From the sequence record MF996376: DNA of 49,579 nt, one strand, 5' to 3'. The notes beneath the pieces are model-generated. The model worked only from the letters and a program-made list of their open reading frames with translations, did no database searches and was not told where the DNA came from. Below are positions 1 to 7,439 of this stretch, piece by piece. The position numbers were made by a program, and so were the translations under genes. The stretch comes from Escherichia phage SRT8. Numbering within the stretch: the stretch's first letter is position 1; the number at the start of each line of letters is the position of its first letter.

Positions 1-377
1 CACGACGCGGGAAAGATATCAAGCCCCGCCAGCGATGCGGATTCTACATCCTGAAGGACGAAGTACGCGCCGGACTACGCGCCCGACTTGACGCGTTAAT
101 CGAATATTACGGTTCGCCGTCCGCAACAGCTAAGGCGCTGAAAGTGACCAATCAGAACGTGAACGAATGGAAAGTTCGCGGCATGATTTCGTGGCAAGGC
201 GCTGAAGCGGCGCATCGCGCATACCGCCGACAAGGTTGTAAAGGATATCGCGCAAGCTGGCTTCGCTTCGATATCAAGTTCGACAGTAACGGCAAGTGCT
301 TAGAAAAGCGTTGCAAGAATCGCAAGTTTATGCGCGTTGTTCGAAAAGATGAAACGACGCAAAGCACAAATAGCTAA
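1..377 (+). CDS. 5'-truncated ORF for a small basic protein with an XRE/Cro-like helix-turn-helix segment (AKALKVTNQNVNEW)
   Basis: Frame open from window edge to stop at 375-377; HTH-like motif; hairpin plus T-run follows at 384-420. Confidence 0.4.
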   Translation, partial: RRGKDIKPRQRCGFYILKDEVRAGLRARLDALIEYYGSPSATAKALKVTNQNVNEWKVRGMISWQGAEAAHRAYRRQGCKGYRASWLRFDIKFDSNGKCLEKRCKNRKFMRVVRKDETTQSTNS

Positions 378-380
378 AAC
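362..380 (+). promoter_or_regulatory. Copy of the repeated palindromic element (aagcacaaatagctaaaa), overlapping the stop codon of the upstream ORF
   Basis: Matches the genome-wide consensus; followed by hairpin 384-420 and the RBS of the 437 gene. Confidence 0.5.
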
Positions 381-383
381 AAT

Positions 384-420
384 GAACGCGTAGCGGGTTA
401 GAATCTCGTTACGCGTTTTT
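384..420 (+). terminator. Hairpin (ACGCGTA...TACGCGT) followed by a T-run; intrinsic terminator-like
   Basis: Inverted repeat with T6 tract read directly. Confidence 0.5.
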
Positions 421-436
421 TATTGGAGCAAAGAAG

Positions 437-1381
437 ATGCACGAAGATAATATGATGTACCAGAAAGAAGACGTTTTGCCATACATGAAAGGAATGTGGC
501 GGGAGGCGTTACAATCGATCTGCAACCTACCGAATGACGTGTTCAACAAAAAACACCAATCTTGCCCGAATTGCGGAGGTAAAGACCGCTTCAGATGGAC
601 GGACAAATTAAAGGAAGCTGGCGACGGCGGCGCGATCTGTAACTCTTGCGGCAACGATACCGGGATCGGCTGGATGATGAAGCTTACCGGGTGCGAATAC
701 AGCGAAGTGATTAACATCTTAGGCCGCTTTTTGGGTAAGGTTCCGCAAGAATACGTTATTAAGGCCAACAAAAAAGCCCGTCGAACTCCGGTTCACAATG
801 TCGGCGTAGCAATGGCGGAGCATGAACAATGTGTCGCAGTAATGGAGCGAACAGAAAAGCGCGACAGGACACCTCTTTCGATGTTTGAAGGGATTTATCT
901 TCCGGGAGATGAATCTTACGATGTGGGCGTAAAAACGCTGGAGAATGGCTGGGAATCGCTTATTCATGCGTTGCCGTGTCGCATGGTGCATGAAGACGGA
1001 TTAGACGATGAATTTTGCAATATCCTGTTTATCGACGAAGAAGGGCGCGAATCGTTTTACGCGAAGAAATATACAGCCGCCTCCGTTGTCGTGAGTGGTT
1101 CAACCGACAAGGCGATTTACCTTTGCCTAAACTGGATCGACTCGCAACATGTACACCTTGCAACAGGTCAAGAAGTCTGGACGTGCTTTACTCCTGAAAA
1201 TCTGGAAATGGTAGCCTATCGCTACAAAGGAGAACGGGAAATGCGCGTCGCATGTACGCCGAGAGATCGTGATACGCTTTACATGGCGGACGACAGGGAA
1301 TTGAAAGTTATCATTCCGAACGAAGGCGGCTTCCGATCTGGAATGCAACGAAAAATATTTAATGCAAGTGATTTACTCTAA
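437..1381 (+). CDS. Putative DNA primase-like protein with an N-terminal zinc ribbon
   Basis: CPNCGG...CNSCG four-cysteine ribbon typical of primase zinc-binding domains; GGAG RBS 10 nt upstream; terminator downstream. Confidence 0.5.
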   Translation: MHEDNMMYQKEDVLPYMKGMWREALQSICNLPNDVFNKKHQSCPNCGGKDRFRWTDKLKEAGDGGAICNSCGNDTGIGWMMKLTGCEYSEVINILGRFLGKVPQEYVIKANKKARRTPVHNVGVAMAEHEQCVAVMERTEKRDRTPLSMFEGIYLPGDESYDVGVKTLENGWESLIHALPCRMVHEDGLDDEFCNILFIDEEGRESFYAKKYTAASVVVSGSTDKAIYLCLNWIDSQHVHLATGQEVWTCFTPENLEMVAYRYKGEREMRVACTPRDRDTLYMADDRELKVIIPNEGGFRSGMQRKIFNASDLL

Positions 1382-1401
1382 CCCGCTTCGGCGGGTTTTT
1401 T
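1381..1401 (+). terminator. Rho-independent terminator (ACCCGC-TTCG-GCGGGT plus T6)
   Basis: Perfect stem with T-run directly after the 437-1381 stop. Confidence 0.7.
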
Positions 1402-1410
1402 ATTTCCCTA

Positions 1411-1439
1411 TTGCCGCACACATAACACAATGCTAAAAT
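1411..1439 (+). promoter_or_regulatory. Sigma70-like promoter candidate (TTGCCG, 17-bp spacer, TGcTAAAAT extended -10) upstream of the tail fiber gene
   Basis: Hexamer spacing counted from the sequence; the palindromic element 1451-1465 lies in the predicted leader. Confidence 0.45.
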
Positions 1440-1481
1440 CATGGTTTACCAAATAGTGCTATTTACTTGGAGGATTTACAA

Positions 1482-3299
1482 ATGGCTTTATACAGACAAG
1501 GCGAAGCGTCAATGACGGCAGAAGGACAAGTAACGGGCGTCGGTACTCAATGGCGCGAACCGTTATCCCTGATCCGCAAAGGCGCAACTATAGTTTTCCT
1601 TACTACCCCATTGAAGCTGGCGGTAATCAACACGATCGATAGCGATACGGAAATGACCGCCATTACGACGGACGGCGAAGCGGTGGCGCAATCCAAATAT
1701 GTGATCCTGTTGAATGACTCGTTAACCGTTGACGGCATGGCGCAAGACGTAGCCGAAACGCTTCGTTACTACCAGAGCAAAGAAACGGAAATAGAGGAAG
1801 CAATTGAATTCTTCAAAAACTTTGACCTTAAAACATTACAGGATCTTGTTGCTCGCGCGGAAGCCGCCGCTCAATCGACAAGTGCGGATCGTGCTGCCAC
1901 TGAGCAATTGAAGAATGAAACCAATCAGTTCAGGGCTGGGGCGTTAAATGCTCGTAATGAAGCGGAGGACGCTCGCGACGCCGCTGATATTGCAAGATCT
2001 GGCGCTGAGACTGCAAAGTCTGGCGCTGATACAGCAAAGGCTGGCGCTGAAACTGCGCGTGATGAAGCTCGCCAATGGGCGCAACAGGTACAGCCTGAAA
2101 ATCTGCTGCATAAAGATCAAAACCTTAATGATCTTGCAAACAAAGACCTTGCAAGGAATAATTTGGGCATTGGTGAAACTGACATTCCTGTTTTTAGAGG
2201 AATAAGCCTAACAGAAAAAAACTCTGCAAACTCTGGAATTCTTTATTTAATAAACAAAAGTCCAGAAGATGTACAGCTTTCATACTCAAGAATTTACAAC
2301 GAAATTCAAGGTGGATTAGCAAAATCAACAATACAAGTTACTAGGGAAGGTGGCGACACAAACTATTATCAGTTTGATGAAAGCGGTAACGCGCTGAATT
2401 ACAACTCAATAACAATCGGTAGGGGTATTGGTAATGCTCTTGGCAGTAATTCTCTTGTTATTGGCGATACTGACACAGGTTTGAAATGGGGCAGTGATGG
2501 TGTTTTGCAAGTTTATTGCAATGGTATGAATGTTGCAGCTTATGAAGCGCAAAATATGCACCTTAACGGACTTTTAAATATATGGCCTGTTGATAATAAC
2601 GCTAGCGGCATTAGAGTTTCAGGATCTAGATTTGGGGGCAGCAATGCGTTAATCGGTGGTCAAGTAGCCCCTGGAAGTTTTGAAGTATGGCGAGAACGCG
2701 CTTGTGGTATGCTTGTTGAATTACCTGTTGATGATGCGGCAGTAAACGTCTTTAAGGTTGTTCGATGGGGTGGAGATTGGGCTGCTGGTCTTGATGTTGC
2801 CAGATATAGCGCTGGAGGTTGCGAAGCTCATTTTAATGTAAGGGGCGCTGTTTATGGGTTTAACGATTCTGGTTATGCGTCTGCTGTGCAATGGGTTAAC
2901 ACTTCCGATATTCGCCTGAAAGCAAACCTAAAAGAGATTGAAAGCGCTAAAGAAAAAGTGAAATCAATAAAAGGTTACACTTATTTTAAGCGCAACAATC
3001 TTGATGAAGATGAATATTCTTTCTATTCGGAGGAGGCTGGTGTAATAGCTCAAGACGTGCAAACTGTTTTACCGGAAGCGGTTTACAAGATTTCAGATTC
3101 AGAATATTTAGGTGTTAGCTATGGCGGTGTTACTGCTCTTTTGGTTAACGCGATCAATGAAATGATTGATGATTCAGATAAGCAGAATAAAACTATTCAG
3201 GCTCAACAGGAGGAAATTAAAGAGTTGAAAAACGAGATCGCAGAAATGAAAGCCGCAATTGCGGAAATGCAAGCGCTTATTGTCCAAACTGCTAAGTAA
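1482..3299 (+). CDS. Tail fiber protein with C-terminal intramolecular chaperone (peptidase S74-like) domain
   Basis: C-terminal SDIRLKANLKEIE...EEIKELKNEI region typical of auto-cleaving chaperone domains; Ala/Asp-rich repeats DARDAADIARSGAETAKSGADTAKAGAETARDEA; ATG at 1482 has a GGAGGA RBS (track start 1467 is TTG). Confidence 0.8.
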   Translation: MALYRQGEASMTAEGQVTGVGTQWREPLSLIRKGATIVFLTTPLKLAVINTIDSDTEMTAITTDGEAVAQSKYVILLNDSLTVDGMAQDVAETLRYYQSKETEIEEAIEFFKNFDLKTLQDLVARAEAAAQSTSADRAATEQLKNETNQFRAGALNARNEAEDARDAADIARSGAETAKSGADTAKAGAETARDEARQWAQQVQPENLLHKDQNLNDLANKDLARNNLGIGETDIPVFRGISLTEKNSANSGILYLINKSPEDVQLSYSRIYNEIQGGLAKSTIQVTREGGDTNYYQFDESGNALNYNSITIGRGIGNALGSNSLVIGDTDTGLKWGSDGVLQVYCNGMNVAAYEAQNMHLNGLLNIWPVDNNASGIRVSGSRFGGSNALIGGQVAPGSFEVWRERACGMLVELPVDDAAVNVFKVVRWGGDWAAGLDVARYSAGGCEAHFNVRGAVYGFNDSGYASAVQWVNTSDIRLKANLKEIESAKEKVKSIKGYTYFKRNNLDEDEYSFYSEEAGVIAQDVQTVLPEAVYKISDSEYLGVSYGGVTALLVNAINEMIDDSDKQNKTIQAQQEEIKELKNEIAEMKAAIAEMQALIVQTAK

Positions 3300-3300
3300 T

Positions 3301-3334
3301 AAAAAAGGAGCCGAAAGGCTCCTTTATTTTTTCT
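3301..3334. terminator. Bidirectional intrinsic terminator between convergent genes (AAAAAA-GGAGCC-GAAA-GGCTCC-TTTATTTTTT)
   Basis: Perfect hairpin flanked by A-run and T-run. Confidence 0.75.
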
Positions 3335-3335
3335 G

Positions 3336-3746
3336 TTAGAACGGGATATCGTCGTCGAATCCCTGTTGAGGTTGGGGCTGTCGCTGCTGTGTCGATTGCC
3401 CGCCGCCTTGCTGTTGTGGTGCTTGACTTTCTCCGCGCTGGCTAAATATCAGTCGCGGGAAGTCTGCCGCCTGAAGCGTGTTGTAAATCGTTCCGTTGTG
3501 CTCGCGTGAAGAAATCTTCAGCGTTTCGCACGATACCGAAATGACCTTCCCGATCTGGAATGCTTCAGCGTACCATTGCGCTAAACCGGGCTTACCGCCG
3601 TCACTAAAGAAGAAAGTGTAGTTCGTATATTCGCGGTTGCCGTCGCGCGGCTTGTAACTTTCTGCCAGTTCGACGATGTAAACAGTAGAGCCATTGCGAT
3701 CTAATGTTTTCGGTTCCTTGCGGATTTCACCTGTAATTACGTGCAT
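3336..3746 (-). CDS. ssb: Single-stranded DNA-binding protein
   Basis: OB-fold-like N-terminus, Gln/Gly/Pro-rich linker and acidic C-terminal tail DDDIPF characteristic of SSB. Confidence 0.85.
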   Translation of the reverse strand: MHVITGEIRKEPKTLDRNGSTVYIVELAESYKPRDGNREYTNYTFFFSDGGKPGLAQWYAEAFQIGKVISVSCETLKISSREHNGTIYNTLQAADFPRLIFSQRGESQAPQQQGGGQSTQQRQPQPQQGFDDDIPF

Positions 3747-3792
3747 TCTTTAATCTCCTGTAAAAATGTGCGACCTTCGCCGCCCGTTGATA

Positions 3793-4446
3793 TTATTCGA
3801 AATCGTTGATTGATTGAGATTGTACCGCTTGACGCTGTTCCGGTTCAACTGGTTTTTTCTGTTCCGGCTTTTCAGCTGGGCGGAATCCGCGCGCTTTACC
3901 AACTTCAAATTTCGCTTTCAATTTGTTGTAGTGATCTTGGACGATTGCTTTGTTTGCCGCGTCACACTGTCTAAACGCTGTCGCCCAAACATCTTTTAAC
4001 TGTTCGAAATCTTCGCATTCGTCAAGATCCTTTTTCCAATCCGCCGCCGACTTGACAGCTAATTGCGCGTCGTCGTCCGCTTGGCTAATGCCCAATGCCG
4101 CTGCCAGTCCGTAACGTCGTGCGTATGTCATTGCAGATCCTACGCCTTGCGGGTCACGCTTCGCGATTGGCATTGACATAAAGAACCGGGCGAATTGACC
4201 GCTTTCCGCATGAATAAGCATCGTTTCAAGATGGAAGGTTGTGTCGGTGCTTGTGTCAAGCATGGATTGCATAATCATGATCCCGTTATCCGTCAATGCT
4301 GGGGTAACGGCCTCCATCATAGAATCAAGCGTCGCATATTTGTTTTTCAGGTGTGTGTTTTGCTTGTCTTTCTTGGCCTTTACGAACTTGCCACGCGCCT
4401 TAAACAGAGCCGGAAGGATTTGATCGGATTGTTGGGAAAGAATCAT
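3793..4446 (-). CDS. ERF-family single-strand annealing (recombination) protein
   Basis: Resemblance to Erf annealases (SAMTYARRYGL region); sits between SSB and an exonuclease as in phage recombination modules. Confidence 0.55.
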   Translation of the reverse strand: MILSQQSDQILPALFKARGKFVKAKKDKQNTHLKNKYATLDSMMEAVTPALTDNGIMIMQSMLDTSTDTTFHLETMLIHAESGQFARFFMSMPIAKRDPQGVGSAMTYARRYGLAAALGISQADDDAQLAVKSAADWKKDLDECEDFEQLKDVWATAFRQCDAANKAIVQDHYNKLKAKFEVGKARGFRPAEKPEQKKPVEPEQRQAVQSQSINDFE

Positions 4447-4507
4447 TCTGTTATCTCCTGATTTGTTTTGTTTACGGGATGAATTATATCACCCCGCATT
4501 TTATATG

Positions 4508-4528
4508 TTTAGCTATTTGTGCTGTTTA
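4508..4528 (-). promoter_or_regulatory. Copy of the repeated palindromic element (variant AACAGCACAAATAGCTAAA), with hairpin and TGaTATAAT box before the erf-like gene
   Basis: Motif, GC hairpin, -10-like box and conserved leader read in order on the minus strand. Confidence 0.5.
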
Positions 4529-5599
4529 TTATAATGCGTGTTTGTACTGATACCTCACCCACTGAGGCGTTTCTAAATCGACTTCAGCCGCGCCGTTAGC
4601 ATATGAAGGCCATACGTCTGATTCTACGCACTCTTTGTATGTGTGAACTACGCTAACGTATTGTGTACGCCCGATTCGAAGCTGTTCCGGCGTCATACGA
4701 TAGCCCATCGGCAAGAATGGTTCCTTCTTCTCTTGAGCAAGGAGGCGGACAACAATCGGGATATTCGGATCTACTCCTTCGAATGCCCCAGCCTGAATTG
4801 CTCGCTTCAGTAAGTCATGCTGTAACGCCATTTTCAAATAGTAGCCGTGGTTAAATGCCAATCGCGGAAACTCCAACGGGTTAGCGCTTGTCGTAGTTTT
4901 GAAGTCGGTAATCACTAGCGCTTCAGGATGAATAACCGTTTCGTAAACCGGATCGCCTTCGTCGGAATAACCAGTCAGCACACGCGCTTCGACGTTCTCG
5001 CGTAAATCTAAGTGATCGAGTCGAACCTTAACCTTCACGCCGGAAATCGTTCCGAAGATTGAAACTTCGTGCATTGCTGTTTCACTGTTGATGCAAGCGT
5101 CATGTTCCGGGATTGATTCAAGAACTTTTCGCATTGTAACGCAAGCGTCGTATGCTTCGGCGTCTACTAACTGCTTGCCTTCTGCCCGCGCTTCGGCTTC
5201 CGCCACCATTTCGATCAGGTATTGAACGTTAAGCATTTCGCCACAATAAACCATCATTTTCAAAAGGTCGGGATACTGCTTCCCTGAAGTACCTTTCAGG
5301 CCGAATGATTTTAACTTAGCGGATAACCCGGCTTGCGACGTGATCAGATCCTTAAACTCGGACGGAGCCGGGCAACGTTTGTAAGTCGCTTCAAACAATT
5401 TTTTGCTTTCGAAGTTCGTGTGCGATTGTGTCCCGAACTCCAGCGCCTTAGTTGTCTGATTCTTCTTAAATCTCCAGTTAGCCGGGCAGGTATTGAAGAT
5501 ATCGGCAAGGCTTGAGCCGCTTACGTACTCCGCCGCCCAACCTTTCGGATCGTGGTATTCGTCGTTGTTAAGCTGTTTGTTGGTGAATACTTTAAACAT
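4529..5599 (-). CDS. PD-(D/E)XK family recombination exonuclease (YqaJ/lambda Exo-like)
   Basis: ITDFKTT motif of the PD-(D/E)XK nuclease core; gene order exonuclease-annealase-SSB; good RBS. Confidence 0.55.
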   Translation of the reverse strand: MFKVFTNKQLNNDEYHDPKGWAAEYVSGSSLADIFNTCPANWRFKKNQTTKALEFGTQSHTNFESKKLFEATYKRCPAPSEFKDLITSQAGLSAKLKSFGLKGTSGKQYPDLLKMMVYCGEMLNVQYLIEMVAEAEARAEGKQLVDAEAYDACVTMRKVLESIPEHDACINSETAMHEVSIFGTISGVKVKVRLDHLDLRENVEARVLTGYSDEGDPVYETVIHPEALVITDFKTTTSANPLEFPRLAFNHGYYLKMALQHDLLKRAIQAGAFEGVDPNIPIVVRLLAQEKKEPFLPMGYRMTPEQLRIGRTQYVSVVHTYKECVESDVWPSYANGAAEVDLETPQWVRYQYKHAL

Positions 5600-6147
5600 T
5601 CGTTTATCTCCTTCGTTGATGATGTGGTCATTATAGCCAGTAGGAACATTTAGTCAACAGTTACGCTGTAATTGTGCGTAATCATTCCTTAGAAAAAATA
5701 CGATTACACAAAATCTCTATGTAATTCAATACTATAAAGCGTGTAAAGTTGCATGTATAAGATGTAAGCTTGTAATCACTCTATAGAGAAATATCAACAT
5801 TCCCCATCGATAACGCATCATTCCATAGAGAATCACTATCAATTTGAACGCATCACAAAAAACACGATTACATCGCTTACATTGATTACATGATAATTAC
5901 ACATATAAAAAACCAATTTAAGATTATTATTATTATCTATATATTATAAGGAGTTAGCGCATATCCGGGCGCTCTATAGCTGCTCAAATTTTGCGCGGAT
6001 TCTGTAATCATTAAAATCGTAGACAAAAATTACACAGATTACACGTAATAGGATTACGGCGTGATTTTTCCGGATCGCACTTTTTGCCAACAATCACGAT
6101 CGCAAACGTGTATAATGCCGATAAGCAAACGAATGGAGGGTTATAGG
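5600..6147. other. AT-rich non-coding hub with short repeats (gattaca-like iterons, TTA x5 tract, tgtataagatgtaagc block)
   Basis: About 550 bp without a credible ORF; shares conserved blocks with the hub at 35990-36700. Confidence 0.6.
6075..6116 (+). promoter_or_regulatory. Palindromic element variant (atcgcactttttgccaa) followed 18 nt later by TATAAT; putative promoter cassette for the lipoprotein gene
   Basis: Same arrangement as the early-gene cassettes. Confidence 0.45.
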
Positions 6148-6375
6148 ATGAAGAAGAAATTTATTGTCGCGGCGATTGCGTTAGCTCTGATTGGTTGTGC
6201 TGATATGCCGAAAAGAACGTGTACCGCTATATACGAATCTAGATCTAACAAATACGAAGTGTATGTGTTCGGAACGAGGCTCAATGGAGGGGAGTTAATG
6301 TTACGCGCCGGATACCCGTTCTCATTTCATTATGTAAACGAAAGGCAATTCACCACTCACGACTGCAAACGATGA
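6148..6375 (+). CDS. Small outer-membrane lipoprotein, Cor-like superinfection-exclusion candidate
   Basis: Signal peptide with lipobox LIGC (MKKKFIVAAIALALIGCAD); 75 aa; own promoter; adjacent to tail genes. Confidence 0.55.
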   Translation: MKKKFIVAAIALALIGCADMPKRTCTAIYESRSNKYEVYVFGTRLNGGELMLRAGYPFSFHYVNERQFTTHDCKR

Positions 6376-6382
6376 AAAATAT

Positions 6383-6408
6383 AAAGCCCGGTTAATTCCG
6401 GGCTTTTT
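6383..6408. terminator. Bidirectional intrinsic terminator (AAAGCCCGG-TTAATT-CCGGGCTTTTT)
   Basis: Perfect hairpin with T-run on plus strand and A-run on the other side. Confidence 0.75.
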
Positions 6409-6409
6409 C

Positions 6410-7081
6410 TTATAGTCCATCAACGTTTATAGCTGTTATTGTCACCCCTGTATTAAGATATCCTACAACGCTACCGCTTGCCGCCTGACTTGATACGGCA
6501 TTAATCCTTGTCCCGCCTCCGCTGTTATATGCTCCAGTAGACGCGGATATGTTAATTATCTGCGGCTGTCCCTGAACAAATATTTGTATAAGCGTCGCAC
6601 CCATAATCATTGGAGACACGGCATAATTCCCCGGAAGAGTCTGATCGATATTTATCCCCCCGCCATTACCTACAGTACCAACAGTAACAAGATCGGTTAA
6701 TACCCTGCTTTCATTAGTCAGTATGCAAGTCCCTGACGCGTCCCATATAGCCATTCCATAGCGCGGGGTTGGTTGCGGGAATCTTGCGAACACATACGCC
6801 GTAACTGTGAAGTGCGGGTTATTCCTTCCCTGAATACTACCGCCGAATAATATTTGACCGCCCGATCTTGTTGCGCTAAGGGTTGCCCTGTTATCAGATC
6901 TCAAGAAAACCATGGCGGGATATGATGGATTAATATCTATTGTTCCGCTAGCGCCCTTATAATCAGCGCCAACATCAACGGATGATACTGAAGCCTTAGT
7001 GTAAAGAACGAACGGAGTTGATACCGGAGTTATAAACGGATGCCCCGAATTACTGTCAATGTAAGCGCCATATCTAGCCAT
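6410..7081 (-). CDS. Hypothetical Gly/Ser/Thr/Asn-rich protein, last gene of the tail operon (possible distal tail or receptor-binding accessory)
   Basis: ORF with RBS, positioned after the J-like gene; composition typical of beta-rich fibre proteins. Confidence 0.45.
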   Translation of the reverse strand: MARYGAYIDSNSGHPFITPVSTPFVLYTKASVSSVDVGADYKGASGTIDINPSYPAMVFLRSDNRATLSATRSGGQILFGGSIQGRNNPHFTVTAYVFARFPQPTPRYGMAIWDASGTCILTNESRVLTDLVTVGTVGNGGGINIDQTLPGNYAVSPMIMGATLIQIFVQGQPQIINISASTGAYNSGGGTRINAVSSQAASGSVVGYLNTGVTITAINVDGL

Positions 7082-7083
7082 AA

Positions 7084-7389
7084 TTAAGCATTCTCCAAGA
7101 ATACAACCAATTCACAATTAGATGCCGGGTAGTTACCGATCCCGATATCAGACGCCGGATAGATTGAAATGTTATTACCGTTTGCAACTATTCGTCGGCC
7201 TATCTTTTGGCCTCCAGTATCAAGCGTTACCGCAAACCCTACTTTCATCCCCTGCGGAACATCGAAATTCCATGAGCCGGAATTCTGACCGCTACTAAGA
7301 TTTATGATTCCAATAACCGAAACTGGCTTAATGCCGTAGTTATTATAGTTTCCGTTACCGTCCCACGTTCCAATGCCGTAAGAAGCCAT
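7084..7389 (-). CDS. Hypothetical small tail-associated protein
   Basis: ORF with AAGGAGG RBS immediately downstream of the J-like gene. Confidence 0.45.
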   Translation of the reverse strand: MASYGIGTWDGNGNYNNYGIKPVSVIGIINLSSGQNSGSWNFDVPQGMKVGFAVTLDTGGQKIGRRIVANGNNISIYPASDIGIGNYPASNCELVVFLENA

Positions 7390-7439
7390 AATTCGAACCT
7401 CCTTAAAAGATATAGGGCGACGCTCGCCGCCCTAAGATT

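Noticed and set aside
152-367. Minus-strand 71-aa ORF overlapping the first plus-strand ORF
   Set aside because: The plus-strand frame is open from the window edge and is followed by a plus-strand hairpin terminator and the RBS of the next gene; the minus ORF has no supporting signals.
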